A stretch of 64,000 nucleotides of DNA from Trichoplax adhaerens (taxonomy: Eukaryota; Animalia; Placozoa): the NCBI RefSeq assembly GCF_000150275.1, contig NW_002060975.1:338130-402129 (forward strand), given 5' to 3'. The position numbers were made by a program, and so were the translations under genes. The notes beneath the pieces are model-generated. The model worked only from the letters and a program-made list of their open reading frames with translations, was not told the origin of the DNA and did not search any database. Of this stretch, positions 1 through 13,600 are shown in pieces. Positions within the stretch are counted from its first letter, which is position 1. Each line of letters begins with the position of its first letter.

Positions 1-465
1 AAACAATAAACGACAAATTAGACCGGTTGAAAGTGTAAAGATTTGCATCATTGGCATCATCTTGTCGATGGTATCCTATCGACTAGGATAAATCCAAACT
101 AGCCTGCAATAAGATAAATGACTGAGTTGAAGAGAGTCTTTCTGTTAATGTTGCTGTTTATTTCATGATCGAGTTGCATCGGTAACTTGGCTATCTGTAA
201 AGATCAATAAACAAGATTAAATTGATCAACGAGGATCAAGTAGACGGGCTGAATTGAAGGTTGGTGAGCAAAAGTAAGTTATTAGTATGCTTCTGGGGGT
301 ATTTTATCAAGAGCTAAACCTGATCCTATTGGAATTGGAGGATAGATGATTAAGTTAGTGTTTTAATTTTGCCTTTCTTTCCGTAGTTACCACTGTCGAT
401 ACTGGAAACCTTGCTCGAGAAGAGTTTGATAATAATAACAAACCATAGAGAAAGGTATTATTAAC

Positions 466-2744
466 ATGGATTTTGATCAAATCAATAAATTGGAAGAAGG
501 ACAAATCTTATGCTGTTGTGAATATTTCAACAGTCGTGGACAACGCAGCCATTTATTAGAAGCCCTTTGCGATTGCCAAGTATTAGATGATATTTGCGAA
601 GGATTTATCCATTGTAAATGGGCTGGGAAAGATCAGTTCCTTCAATTGTTAGAAGTCATGCATGATCGTATACGAATTCCCTGGTTAGACGGACGTGGAG
701 CTCGACGATTTCCACTATCAACAATATTACCCATGATTATTTTACCTTGTATGCTAAAAGTAGCCTCTTCTGGCTTTTATACGACCGTAGGCATGATAAC
801 GTCCCTTTTTCCTTTGATGATGTTTATCTATTATAGCGCTATCATTAGCGGTCGTAAAAGGACGCCATTTTTTCTAAGCTGGACGTTAACATCCAGTAAG
901 TAAAATGTACTATTCAGTCAAACCTGTTTCTGTACCAATGGCATCATTTCATTAAAATGCCTAATACGTACATCGTATTCTAGTAGTAAGTTTGATTAAA
1001 ATCAACTTTAAACCACGTAGTAGATATAATATACTACAACAATTAAACTATCTTGATTACAACATTTTACCTGTTCATATTGTAATGATACGAAAGTTGG
1101 AAATGAATGTTGACGATGAAAAATAAGAAAACTCAAAGTATCGTCATTATCGTGAAACTTGTATAATGTATGTTGAACTTCTTTTTTCTCTTAAATTATA
1201 GTATTGGGAATGCTATTTGCCTACTTGCGCTATATTACTCCAAATTGTAGTCTTGACAAGACTGCTGAAGTCTCCCTTGGCTTAGTGATGACGTTAATTA
1301 TTTTTATCTTATGCTTACGTAATCCTGGTAGAATTAAACCCAAACGTAAAGGGGCCAAGCTTGGCAATTATGTCGATCATAATAATCAGGATACGTACGA
1401 TAATAATTTATTGAAAGTTTGTCAAGAATGTCATGTTCAGATGCCTCGGCGATCGCACCACTGTGGGTAAGAAAATTTTGCTAGACGTTAATATTAGATA
1501 AAATTCTGTATTGTGCGTATAGAACATTTAAATTGGAATCTTTCTACTTGAGCTGCAAGTAGTTTTTACAGCCCCTAAAACTGCCATAGTAGATCATCCT
1601 ATTTTGTTACATTCCTATGATAAATTTTTTAACAATAAATATTTCATAGTAAGGCTACGGTACAAATCACGATTTCTGGATAGAACAGCACAAGAGCCCA
1701 GTCACGGTACTTTCCTGTCATTAAACTCACTCATCACCTTTACAAATGATGACCACTAGTTTCCATGATATAATAATATCCAATGTAATTTAGTTAAAAC
1801 ATACAAACTATTTGAGAGTACACGATATAAAATTGGCCTTTACTTGAGCGAATAATAATCATAGTTATTGCTGACGTAGGATTCAAATTATTCGTCATCT
1901 AGTTGTAATACAGCAAATCTTGGATAAGTTAACACAATATAATTGATTGCTTTCTATTTTGTAGAATTTGCCACAAATGTGTAAAACATTTTGATCATCA
2001 CTGCGTCTGGTAAGTGCAATAGTGCGCATTTTTGAAGTGAAAAATTGTAACTTAAAATCAATATTTATAAGTATTCAACATCAAATGTACCAAATTCAAA
2101 CTATCGCATTAGATAACACTTGTTTTTTACATTTCAGGATTAATAATTGTGTTGGGCAAGGCAATCGAAGGCTCTTTGTTTTACTTTTACTTGTATTTCT
2201 TTATACAGCTTCACGTGGCATCTATTTTAGTTTGGATACTGTCTGTGTCTGGGATAAAATGCTTCCAAATTGTCAGTATGCTTACGAAGAAGATTGGTAA
2301 GATTATTGATGTCTACAGTAAATACGTAGTTTGTATCTCGTAAAATCAATTTAAACAATTTCAGTAAATGATTATCATGGTAACGTCTATAACTCCTTGA
2401 AGTGGTTCCGTATTACCCTAAAATCGATTAACTATTACTCGGCTAGAAATAATATCATGCGTGTTTTGGTGAGTAATAAATTTCTTATCAAAAATTTCGT
2501 ACATATCCTTAGGTCTGCTATTGTAATGGCTTCAGTTATATATAGTTGTGTGGCTACAACAAGTGTTGGATCTCTTCTCTGCTATCAAATATTACTGATA
2601 AGTACCAATGTCACAAGTTATGAATGGCGTTGTGCGCGACGTATTGGTCATTATCTTGATAAATTTGGTCAACCAACAAAAGAAAACATATATGATCTAG
2701 GATTAATTAAAAATTGGATTGCTTTCTTTAAAGGGTATAAATGA
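466..2744 (+). CDS. ZDHHC23: DHHC palmitoyltransferase, ZDHHC23 orthologue; exons 466-895, 1202-1466, 1965-2009, 2138-2296, 2513-2744
   Basis: GT-AG joins keep the frame and assemble [37 protein letters not shown]; the DHHC motif lies in the 45-nt exon 1965-2009. The N-terminal LCCCEY...LCDCQxLD...DRIRIPWL is characteristic of ZDHHC23. Confidence 0.92.
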
Positions 2745-4623
2745 GATCATTTTCTTAGAATTATTGTTTCAAGTGTAAAATTGTAGTAGTTAGTCTTATA
2801 TCGATCTGGAATTATTGCTTTAAAATTTTTATCTCAATGATTTTATTATTATGCCTATACCTGCTCCTTTAACTATACAAAAGGTAAAAGTCACGATTTT
2901 GATGTAGCAATGTTAAATTTTCGCTGTCAGATTGCTTATTATACTTACTCATGCAAGTACAGTCTTTATCATATTCAATATGATTTTCCAATTAAATATG
3001 CTTACTAACCGGCTGAATTACATTCACAAGATCTTACAGTATTACAATTACTATGAACCATTATGCCGATACTGATGATTAAATTTATTTTATTAATCTG
3101 TTTCATTTGTAATGTGGATGGTGTAAAATTAATCTACTGTAGGTGTTTTATACCATAATCCAATGAAAAGTAATGGATAAAATATCGGCTGTTGTGTTGT
3201 TAAGCTATTATAATTGGTTGCGTATGAGGATGTATAAGTGATGGCTAGTAATAATTTCATAGATTGCAATCAAAAATTTTCTAATTACAACCAATTTAAG
3301 GATCTAGAACTTATTGGAGTATAATTAAAAGTCGCAACTTTGTATTCTGCTATTTAAAACTTTGACACCTGGTACCATGGCGATGGATAAAAATATCAGT
3401 TATACTCGTATCAGTTTATTACATTTAAAGGCTATATATCCGAAATACTTTTAAAAATTTATTTATTATAAAAATGACTTTTCATGATATTTTCCCAAGA
3501 CTACTGAAATAAACTGCTTTCCTTTGTGATTTTATTTAATTGATCTTTGAAATATTTACCAACTTTCCATAGGGTCTGATGGTCTGATTTATACAGTTTA
3601 GTACGCTATGCTCGTAAGTCTCATACGCCGAAATAGTTTGAATATACCGTGGTAGTATTGTGCATGATTTCTTAAGCACCATAAACTAGTAGTTATAGTG
3701 GGACTTATTCTATACGTATATTGCCTTTTGTGAATGGCAAGTATTTGTAAGGCCAATGGTGGCTATTGCGTCCTCACTTTGCGCCTACAGTTAGCGTGGG
3801 CAGTTTACAGGACATTTATTGAAAGAATTTAATGTAAATGTTTTACTAAGGTATATAAGGAATACACATCCCATGGTTTCATCCCTATGGGTAACCATTA
3901 CAAAATTCTATCATGGTCTAAATGGGATTAATATACTGTAAATATGCGTATCCTAATAGCACAAGCATACATAAATAATATACGGATAGTTCCAGTTTGC
4001 GCTAGTTCACCATTTCATTTACAGTTCATGATTACTATGGGGGTCACAAATGTATCATTCATGTACATAGGAGAGAGCTAAGTAGCCAAATCGTGTTAAA
4101 AAATATAATGGCTATCGTTTATTTCACTGAACTAGATTCTAAGCTTACGCTCTGTTCTAGATATATTCGATAACAACAAAAGTAGTTTTATCTTAAAGAA
4201 ATCTATTCGAGTTAACTGGTGCAATACAATTTTAGCATTTTGCATTAAAGACGTAATAACACTGTGTTTGCTACGTTAGTTGTACTTTGTACCTTGTCAA
4301 GATATAAAGAGCTAAGAATATAATCGTAAACGGAGATTTGGCGACTGTGGTTTTACTACATTATTAATCTATTGTTACGTCGTAAATTATCAAATTGAGC
4401 ACAATATATTCAACTACTTTTACAACATTCAAAAATAAAGCATGTTAAGCATCAAAAACGCTATAGTCACATCTCCAATATAAAAAAAAGATGAGAAGCA
4501 TATCACATTGTACAGTTAGATCATGTAGAATATCGACTATACTATTAAAAATTACATTTCCTTTCCATAGTAAGTGAGCTATGTTATGCATCTACTTGAA
4601 ACTTTTTAAATGTAAATCAACTT

Positions 4624-7600
4624 CTAAGCTCTTATTAATCCATCGTCGTCACTCGTCGGATCATTTGCAGAAAGGCCGTCATCTACATAGAGAAAGCATG
4701 TAGAAAATGATTTGAAAGTTGTAATTACTATCGCCAGGCATCAAATAAAGTACTTAAAAAACATTAAGTCAATACGCAGATTTGATTTAAACTTAAAGTT
4801 TACTATCACCAACTGTGGATACAAATGCTTGTAGTAGGTCATGTAACAACAGATACAGATACAAGCTTACCGTTCAATACGTCATCGTCATCATCTCCAG
4901 ACATTAAGAATGTTGCTTCGTCAGTATCTCGTCTAAAATGGCTACCAACAAATGTTTGCAATCGATTTCTTAATCTACGGGAACTATTGAAGTAATAGCA
5001 AGCTCCTATCAATACTAAGACAGCAACCGCGGCTATTGGTAAGGATATCTCCAAAATTGTTGTCAAGGACTGCGGTGCGGCTATACAATAGGAAATGATC
5101 CATTAAATAGATATTCATTTGAGTTATCACGACTAATTTATACCTATATTAGGATGTTTAGTACACAAATATCATGATCAGTAACAAATATGCTCATCCT
5201 GATACCTGTTGGTACGGGGTAGTAATTATATGTTAGAAATTTAGAACAAGGTCCTGAACCAAAATTTGTGTTGGCGCTAACTCGATACAGGTAGGTTGTA
5301 TTCGTTAACGGCCGGGAAAAGGTTGTCTTAGTAGTCGTGTAATCCTTTGATCCAGAATTTTCTGAAACACTCTCATGAACATAATAATTCTAAGGAATAA
5401 AAAATCTATTAGAGGTACGATACAAAGCCAGTAATAACTTTAGCATATGAAAACGTACAAGTATTTTCATTCCTTGTGCTAAGACAGGCTCTTTCCAATT
5501 CAAATAAATAGCGTTAGTTGTCGCTGATATGGAGAGATCACGTGGAATAGGCTTAACTACAGTTAAATATATAAAATTTAGGTTATTAAAGTTTAATTAG
5601 CATTAGCAGCGAAAGCAAATATTAGACAGCGAAAGATATGCATTGGTTATTTTCTATCTAGTAATATGATAGCTAATTACTAACCCCCTTTGGACACAAA
5701 AATTTCCGAATTGCCTGAATACTTTTGCCCACCGTCTGCTACCGCCGCTATACTAAAAATATACTCCATACCCGGGATTAGGTGTTTGATATTCGCTGTG
5801 TGAACAGATGCATCAACGATAACGTATCTGATAGGTACACAAGATGAAGGATCGTTCGCCCTCACAGTTAAGTCATAGGACTGAAATAAATAATCATAGT
5901 TCAAAACTGGTCATTTGCAGTATGACTACAAGTGAAGTTTTCGTAACACATCCGACATATTTACTATGTGTATAGATCAGTAAATATATAACCATAACGA
6001 TGAATGCCATTAGGGCTTATCCACGCATTAAGCTAAAATTACCTGGATTTTAACTGATGATGCTGCTGGTTTCCACGTAACGACAACTTTCAGTGTGGAA
6101 GGATCCATACTAATGTTCAAACGGCTAGGCGCTTCAAAGACAGCTAAATTGTGATGAAAGATAGGTATCTTTATTATAAAGCGTTGATTTATTAGCAATA
6201 AATAATGATCTATAATTGTCTATTAGGAAGCCATATGCAATATTTTGCTGGTCCTTACAAGTTTTCACTTGAATTTGTGGCGACTTAGGCCCGTATCCTT
6301 GCGTTGAAGAATATGCAGCGACCTAAAGCAATATTTAGACCTTAATTTTTAGATATATTAAGTAAGTGAAATTATCAAGTCATAAATTATTACCTGAATG
6401 TAATAGTTAGTATTGGCTCGCAGGTTATCAATAATATATCGGAGTCCTGGACCATTAGGATTTGTCAGACCAGAAGTCTTTATTACTTTGGACATAATTG
6501 ACCCACCATGAATGAAAATCTAAAATGGAAATATTATAGATAATTAACGACAGTGAATTATAATACAAAATCTAACTGTAATTAATTTATTTACGCCATA
6601 AAAAAGGATATTCCCATTAGATTGCTTCGGTGCCATCCAAATAACAGCAATGCTACTGCTATGAATTGATGAAGCTTTAACGTTTAACGGCGAACCAGGC
6701 TCTATATTATCATAAAATCGTATATTTATAAAATATGATGTACTTCTTAAAATATACGCGGTCACATAAAGTGTACTATCTTTATTTAAAGGTAATGAAA
6801 TCATCAAATTTAATAGTAAATTTACGTACTTCCAGCTAATGTTCTTATCGAAATCGGTGTTGCCTTTAGACCATTACGATTGGGCTCAATTACCGAAACA
6901 GTAAAAGAATATTGAGTAAAAGGAGAGAGATTTTTGACGACATAGGTAAAGTTAGATGTTTGTCCTTCCATCTTCCAAGATTTACCACTGTGCGTTTGCC
7001 TTTAATTAGACATATTGACTGTTAAATTATCTACATAAATATTTTTAATAACACCATCACTTACCTTGAATAAACCTTGAACGAATATTGTTGAGGCGTT
7101 CTAGTTAGCGTCCATCCTAAGGTAACTTGGTAACTTGCAATCTTGATAGCTGCCAGTTGACTTACAAAGTAGAGAGGATCTAAATATCAGAAAGTAAGGC
7201 ATCATTTAATAAGCCATAAATTAAAATTAAATGAATTAGGTATAAAAAGTGCTTACGTTTGCAATTGTGTTCATCAGATCCATCGGTACAATCGTTTATT
7301 CCATTGCATAATGCTTCATTGGGTATGCAAGTTTTAGAGAATTGACACCTAAATTGTGTATCTGAGCAACCTGGGGAAGGAGTTGGACCCAAGCCTGTGA
7401 TGATACCGCAAATTTAAAATTTTATAAAATTAGGTTTAATTAGATGAGGCTTGTTCTAGATTATCTAGGAATCATATACGCTATTCTATCTAGCTAATTA
7501 TTGTATATTTTTGGATTAAAAGCTATTTTACACTTACTGAAACCGCAATTCAATTCGTCTGATCCGTCAGCGCAATCGGCTCGCTTATTACATACGTATG

Positions 7601-10600
7601 TCGAATTTATGCACTGGCCGTTATGACACTTGAAACGGCCATGCCCACACTGACCCGTTGTAGTTGTTCCTGTAGGTTGAACAGTAGTTGAACCTAACAC
7701 CACAGGTGATAAAAATAATATTTACTAAAATGAAGAAAATGTAAAAGTAGCAGAAATATAGCATTAAAATGCAATCATAGATAACTTGAAACGTACCGCC
7801 ACAGTTTGCTTCATCCGATCCGTCCTGACAATCAGTTACATTATCACATAGATCAAAGAACCAAATGCACTTCTGATTATTATCGCAAGCAAATTGCCAA
7901 TGATGACATGGGCCACTAGGTGTAGGTGTTACGGGTACGGCTAAAATAGCGATAAGAAACGTATTACGAAGTAGCTTATAAATTGCAGGAATCAAATACT
8001 TAAGGCGTTAATTCTATTGAAAAAATAAAAACATACCAGTACCACTAGCACATATAACCCCGGCATCTTCCGTATGATCGCAATTATGGACGCCAAATTG
8101 GCTATGTTGACAATTTCTTATATCGGTCTCATTGCCCTTACACAAAACGTTATCCAACCAGATAGGTTGATTTGCGCTTCCTTGGCCACCTTGACCCATA
8201 ACCAAAGGTTGTAGAGCTCCTTTAAAGCCTAACTGACGACAGAGAACAATAGCGTCCGGAAGATTCCAGAAGTCATCACATACTGTACCCCAAAGGCCTC
8301 GATGATTAATTTCAACCATTCCCGTGTAATTATTGGTGGTTGTTTTTAATCGTACTAATACATAATCAATTAATTCGTGGTCAGTTTCTTTGACAACAGA
8401 TTTCCGACATACAATATTTATTAGTACCATCAACAATGGCATGATTCTACTTACAACAATTTTTCTCATCTGCTCCATTACTACACTGCGAAATACCGTC
8501 ACATCGTCCAAACATAGGTATGCATTCATTGGGTTTACAGGTAAAAACTTTCTGATTGCTGCTACATTGAATTGGTTTAACCGTCGGTAAAGGCATGGTA
8601 GCTAAGATATTAACGAAATATTAACACTTATTGAATCAAGAACAGGCATAGACGTGCTACCTATAGTATACAATAAATTGGCTGACGTTTACTAACGTTT
8701 CATTCCACAAACAACACCAGCATCTTCTTTATGGATACAGTTATGCGATTGCCAAGCAGACGTATTGCATTGATTAATATAAGTCTCAGAACCGGTACAT
8801 TTGACATCATCTAGCCAGATAGGGCCAGTACCAGCTCCAAAGAAAGCATTCTTAGGCGCTGCAGAAGCTGGTGGAAGTTTTAATTGGCGGCAGATTACGT
8901 TAGCATCATTAAGATCCCAGTAATCGTCACATATTGTACCCCACTTTTGGCGGTGAAAGATTTCTACTCTTCCTTCAGCATAATTGGTACCGTTGCTACC
9001 GCCGGCTAAGCGGACTGTTGACAATGATAACATATAAGATTTAATCTTATTTGAGTCGCTATGTCGACGTATACTGTATTATAAGTAGTACTTCGGTTCT
9101 GTAATGCACGAGATGACCTAACTAAACGCTACGACACAATCAAATACTGGAGCATTATATCAATGGAATTTTAAAATTCTAGTTACCAGGTGGAATAGAA
9201 CAGATGATTCCAACATCGTTTGTATGTGCACAATTGCTATTTCCCCAACCGCTAAAATGGCATTCCTTCAGATGTTTTTCGCTACCCTTACAAGCAACAC
9301 CTTGCATCCATACAGGTCCAGTTCCAGAACCGAAATGACTGGTACTGGTGACTGAATCGGCTTGGCTAAAACCTAAGGTCATTTTAAGATAATTTCATTA
9401 ATTATATTATTGTAATTTTTGTCAATTTTATTGGCAATGAATGTAATTGTCGAATTTATAGAATGCAGAATTAACTTTAGAGATATGAATATATATGATA
9501 TAAACATCATAGTCCGCAAAAAGCACACTGGAGTCTTTACCTAATTCACGACAAGCAACATCAGCATCAACTTTAGTAAAGCCATTGCTGCAGATTGTAC
9601 CCCATCGTCCGTTGTGAATAATCTCCAGTCTTCCCTCCCTTGTTGAATTACCACCAACTAGTCGCACTTTATATTTTATAAGGAAATTATAAGTGGGATT
9701 AAATTACTTTTAATTTTAATTAAAATATATTACCGAAGGTGCAGTGTAACATATCAATTCAATAATATAAGAGGTTCTTAAGGTAATATTATACATGCAT
9801 GTCCTGTACCTTCTGAAGTGTCACAAACGATACCAACATCTTCGTTGTGTCCACAGTTATGGTCATTCCAATTATTATGAGCGCAGTCTCCTATACTTTG
9901 TTCAGTTCCATTGCACTGCACCTCATCAAGCCATATTGGACCATTGCCTTGACCAAATGGAGCTCTCCCTAGAGCTGCTGCGGCTCCAATAAAGCCAAGC
10001 TGTTTACATACAACATTTGCATCAGTAATATCGAATCGATCATCGCATACGGTACCCCAAACACCGTTAAAATTTATTTCCAATCGACCCTGATTGGGTT
10101 GATTACCACCAACAAGGCGAACTGTATTTAAATTTATTGAATGCGACGTTAATGGGTGATATATTGAAACAGTATACTGGAAACACAATATATCAAAATA
10201 TTTAATATGGATATTTGCTAATCATACCCATTGGATAACTACATACGACACCGGCATCATGCGTATGTTTGCATTTGTTGTTACCCCAACCAGAGCTTGG
10301 ACATTGATGCAAATTTAATTCATTTCCTTTACATTGAACATCTGTTAACCAAACCGTACCATTGCCTTGACCAAATTCAGCCATTTTAGCGACCCTGATG
10401 GCCCCAGTATATCCTAATTGCTTACAAATAACTACTGCATCGTTCTGATCCCATTTATGATCACAAATTGTTCCCCATTTTCCTTTATGAGATACTTCAA
10501 TTGTTCCCTGTTTATAGACATTGACTTGATTGGCAGTAACAAGGCGAACTAGAAATCACATAAATAATAAATAAATAAATGGAATATATCACTTCAAATA

Positions 10601-13600
10601 TGAATAGTACAAATCGATAACAAATACTGTACGCTTACCAGGTTTAGTCAGACAAGAAACGCCAACATCATATCTATGCGAATTACAAGCTGAGCTACTA
10701 ATACCCCAACCCGAATACGGACATTCGGTTATGAAAGATTCATTGCCTTGGCATCTAACATTCGACAACCAAACTGTTCCATTACCAGGCCCAAAATTGT
10801 TAGTTTGACCAAAAACAAGATTAACTGGTTTTGCACCAGGGAACCCTAGACTGCGGCACACAACATTAGAAGTAGCTATTCTCCAACCAAAATTGCATAT
10901 TGTTCCCCAAAAACCGTTATGCTTTATTTCAACACGACCTTCGGCAGATGATAGACCTCCAACAAGTCTCACTTAAATTTAAGTAAAATGATATATATAC
11001 AACATTAAAAGTGCAATGTTATTCCTTAATTAAAGTAATTGAAGATAGTTAGACATTTAAAAACTTGCTTCATCGGCTGCTACAATATACCTGGGGCTTG
11101 ACTACAAACAACACCAGCATCGTTTGCATGAGTACAAGTTGTATTACTCCAACCGGAGTGAGTGCAATCCAATAGTGATGATTCACTACCACTGCAATGA
11201 ACATTATTTAGCCAGATTTTGCCTTGACTACCGCCAAATTGACCAAAGTAAACAGCTTGCACTGCTTCATAATAACCAAGTTGTTTGCATACAACAGTTG
11301 CTGCTTTAATGTTCCAATTGCCATCGCAGACCGTCCCCCATTCATTGTTGTGAAAGACTTCCACACGACCTTCAAATTCGTATTTGCCGTTGGTAATTCT
11401 CACTGGAACCAAAAAGTTAATGTTGTTAGATCTCACATGATAAGTTATTTAATGGCTGCTACTCACCAGCTGGCGCAGTATGTACCACATACTCATTGGT
11501 ATAATCACTAAAAACGTTGTCATAAGTACCAGCAGCAACCTGAAAGACGATTTAGCCCAAAAATTAGCTATAAGAATTTCCTATACCGTCATAATTGTGG
11601 AGTAGTTGCTCAATCGTATGTAAAATGGCATACCCTGACATAATATGTTGTAAACGGTATAAGATTCGAGATGATAACAAAGGAATTTCTGGTTGTAATT
11701 GTTGTATCTAAAAATCCAAATCTATAGGCGACCTAGTTTGAACGAGTTATCATGAGATAAATTTGCGTATGAGGATCATTTTAAATTCAGGAGTCCTACT
11801 TTATAATTTTTGATCACAACTCCAGGCGCCGACGAAGCCTCCCAGGTTACTTTAATTTTGTTGGCAGCAAGTACAAACGCTTTCAAATTTTTCGGTGGTA
11901 ACGGTTCTATAGATATGAAATCACCAAAATCATATTTTATATCAATTCTAGTGGTCACATTTTTACCATATTCAAACGAGTAAATCCAAAAATCGAGCTA
12001 TGCTTAATAGATTAGAGCATAATAAGAAATCATTTTGTTTTCATGGCTTACTCGACGCATATGTTGAAGTAGTGACAAATGGTGCTTTACGTAACACTGC
12101 AGCCGATTTCGTTATAATGGTAACGGTTGCATCATAAGTTGTTTGTGGCTGTAAGTTGGATATAATTTTCGAATGGTAAAACTTTGGCACATCTACGTAG
12201 CTTGGCCAATAGTTAGCATCGAGATTATGACCAGAAATTCTAAAATGAAATAAATTTATGATTAAATGAGTTGATAACGTATAGCTCGTACGCTAGGTTG
12301 AACATGCAAGATATTAAATTAAGTCGTGGAAAAAAACTATCTTTATTTTTATTTACCTGTAATAGATACGATAATGATCTACTTGATATTTACTATTCTG
12401 TACATATTTCCATGATATCCTTAAAGAATGAGCCGAAAAGGGTGCTGCTACTAAAGATGAAACAACTAAGAAAAAGCGAGGAAAGAATTAGTAAATTACT
12501 AGATTATTTATTAATCTTTGAAACTGTGAAAACTATTCATTTATTAATTAACTTACTATCACATGACTTTTCGTCCGATCCATCACTGCACTGGTTAAAT
12601 CCGTCACAGCGCCCACTTTTTACAATACACTGACCACTAGTGCAACGAAATTCAGAATTGCTACATTGATGTGAAGCTACGAGTAGAAAATTGCATCGTT
12701 TATTAACGAAAATACTGCTATAAGATATCAACTGACTAATATATGAAAATTTCCATCTACTTACCACAGTGCTTTTCATCGGAATTGTCACCACATTCAT
12801 TGATGCCATTGCATACTTGACTATTCTTTTTTAAGCAGACGCCATTGGCGCACTTAAAACCACTGCATGCTACAGTATATAAAGTTAGAGTCATATCTTT
12901 TTAGGTGCTGTACTTTATAAACATGATTGAATGACGCGAAAGATATTGCAGAGAGTCACAGTGACTGTTGTTAGAATCAGACACTACTGACTATATATAC
13001 ATATAATTATTTACGAATGAGTTACAACTCACTAATATTGCAGATATTTCACTCATAATATGATAAAATTTAAGGAAAGTAAAAAATCTTGGGATGTAAT
13101 TCTTGTAGGAAAAAATAGGTTCTCGAAAATGCTAACCTTGGCAATGACGCTCATCCGCGTCATTACTACAGTCTTGCTCGTTATCGCATCTGAATGAAGC
13201 TGGTATACAACGTGGAAGTGAACCTGCACCGCAATCGAATTGCTGGGAACTACAGTTTGTAGGTGTTGTAGGCATTATAGTGGTTTTTGTCGGTGCAGCT
13301 GTTAGATAATTGATAGATTATTAACTGTTTGTAATGCCTATTGCAGCCGATATGAGCACTAAACAGATCAACTGACTACCTGTAAAACCACAGTCGAGTT
13401 CATCACTACCATCGGAACAATCTGTAACATGATTACAAACCGATGCCTTAGGAATGCATCCACCACTCAGACAAGCAAAACTGTTAGAACCGCACGATGA
13501 TGGAGTACTCGTTCCAGACGGTTGAGTTGTAGCTTAAATTCAAATATACATATTGACCACATTACATAAGTGTAATTTACTCAAAATTGAAATAATAATA

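Noticed and set aside
8037-11402. SRCR exons as a separate DMBT1-like gene nested in SORL1
   Set aside because: Same strand, no own signal peptide or stop, and short phase-compatible introns on both sides.
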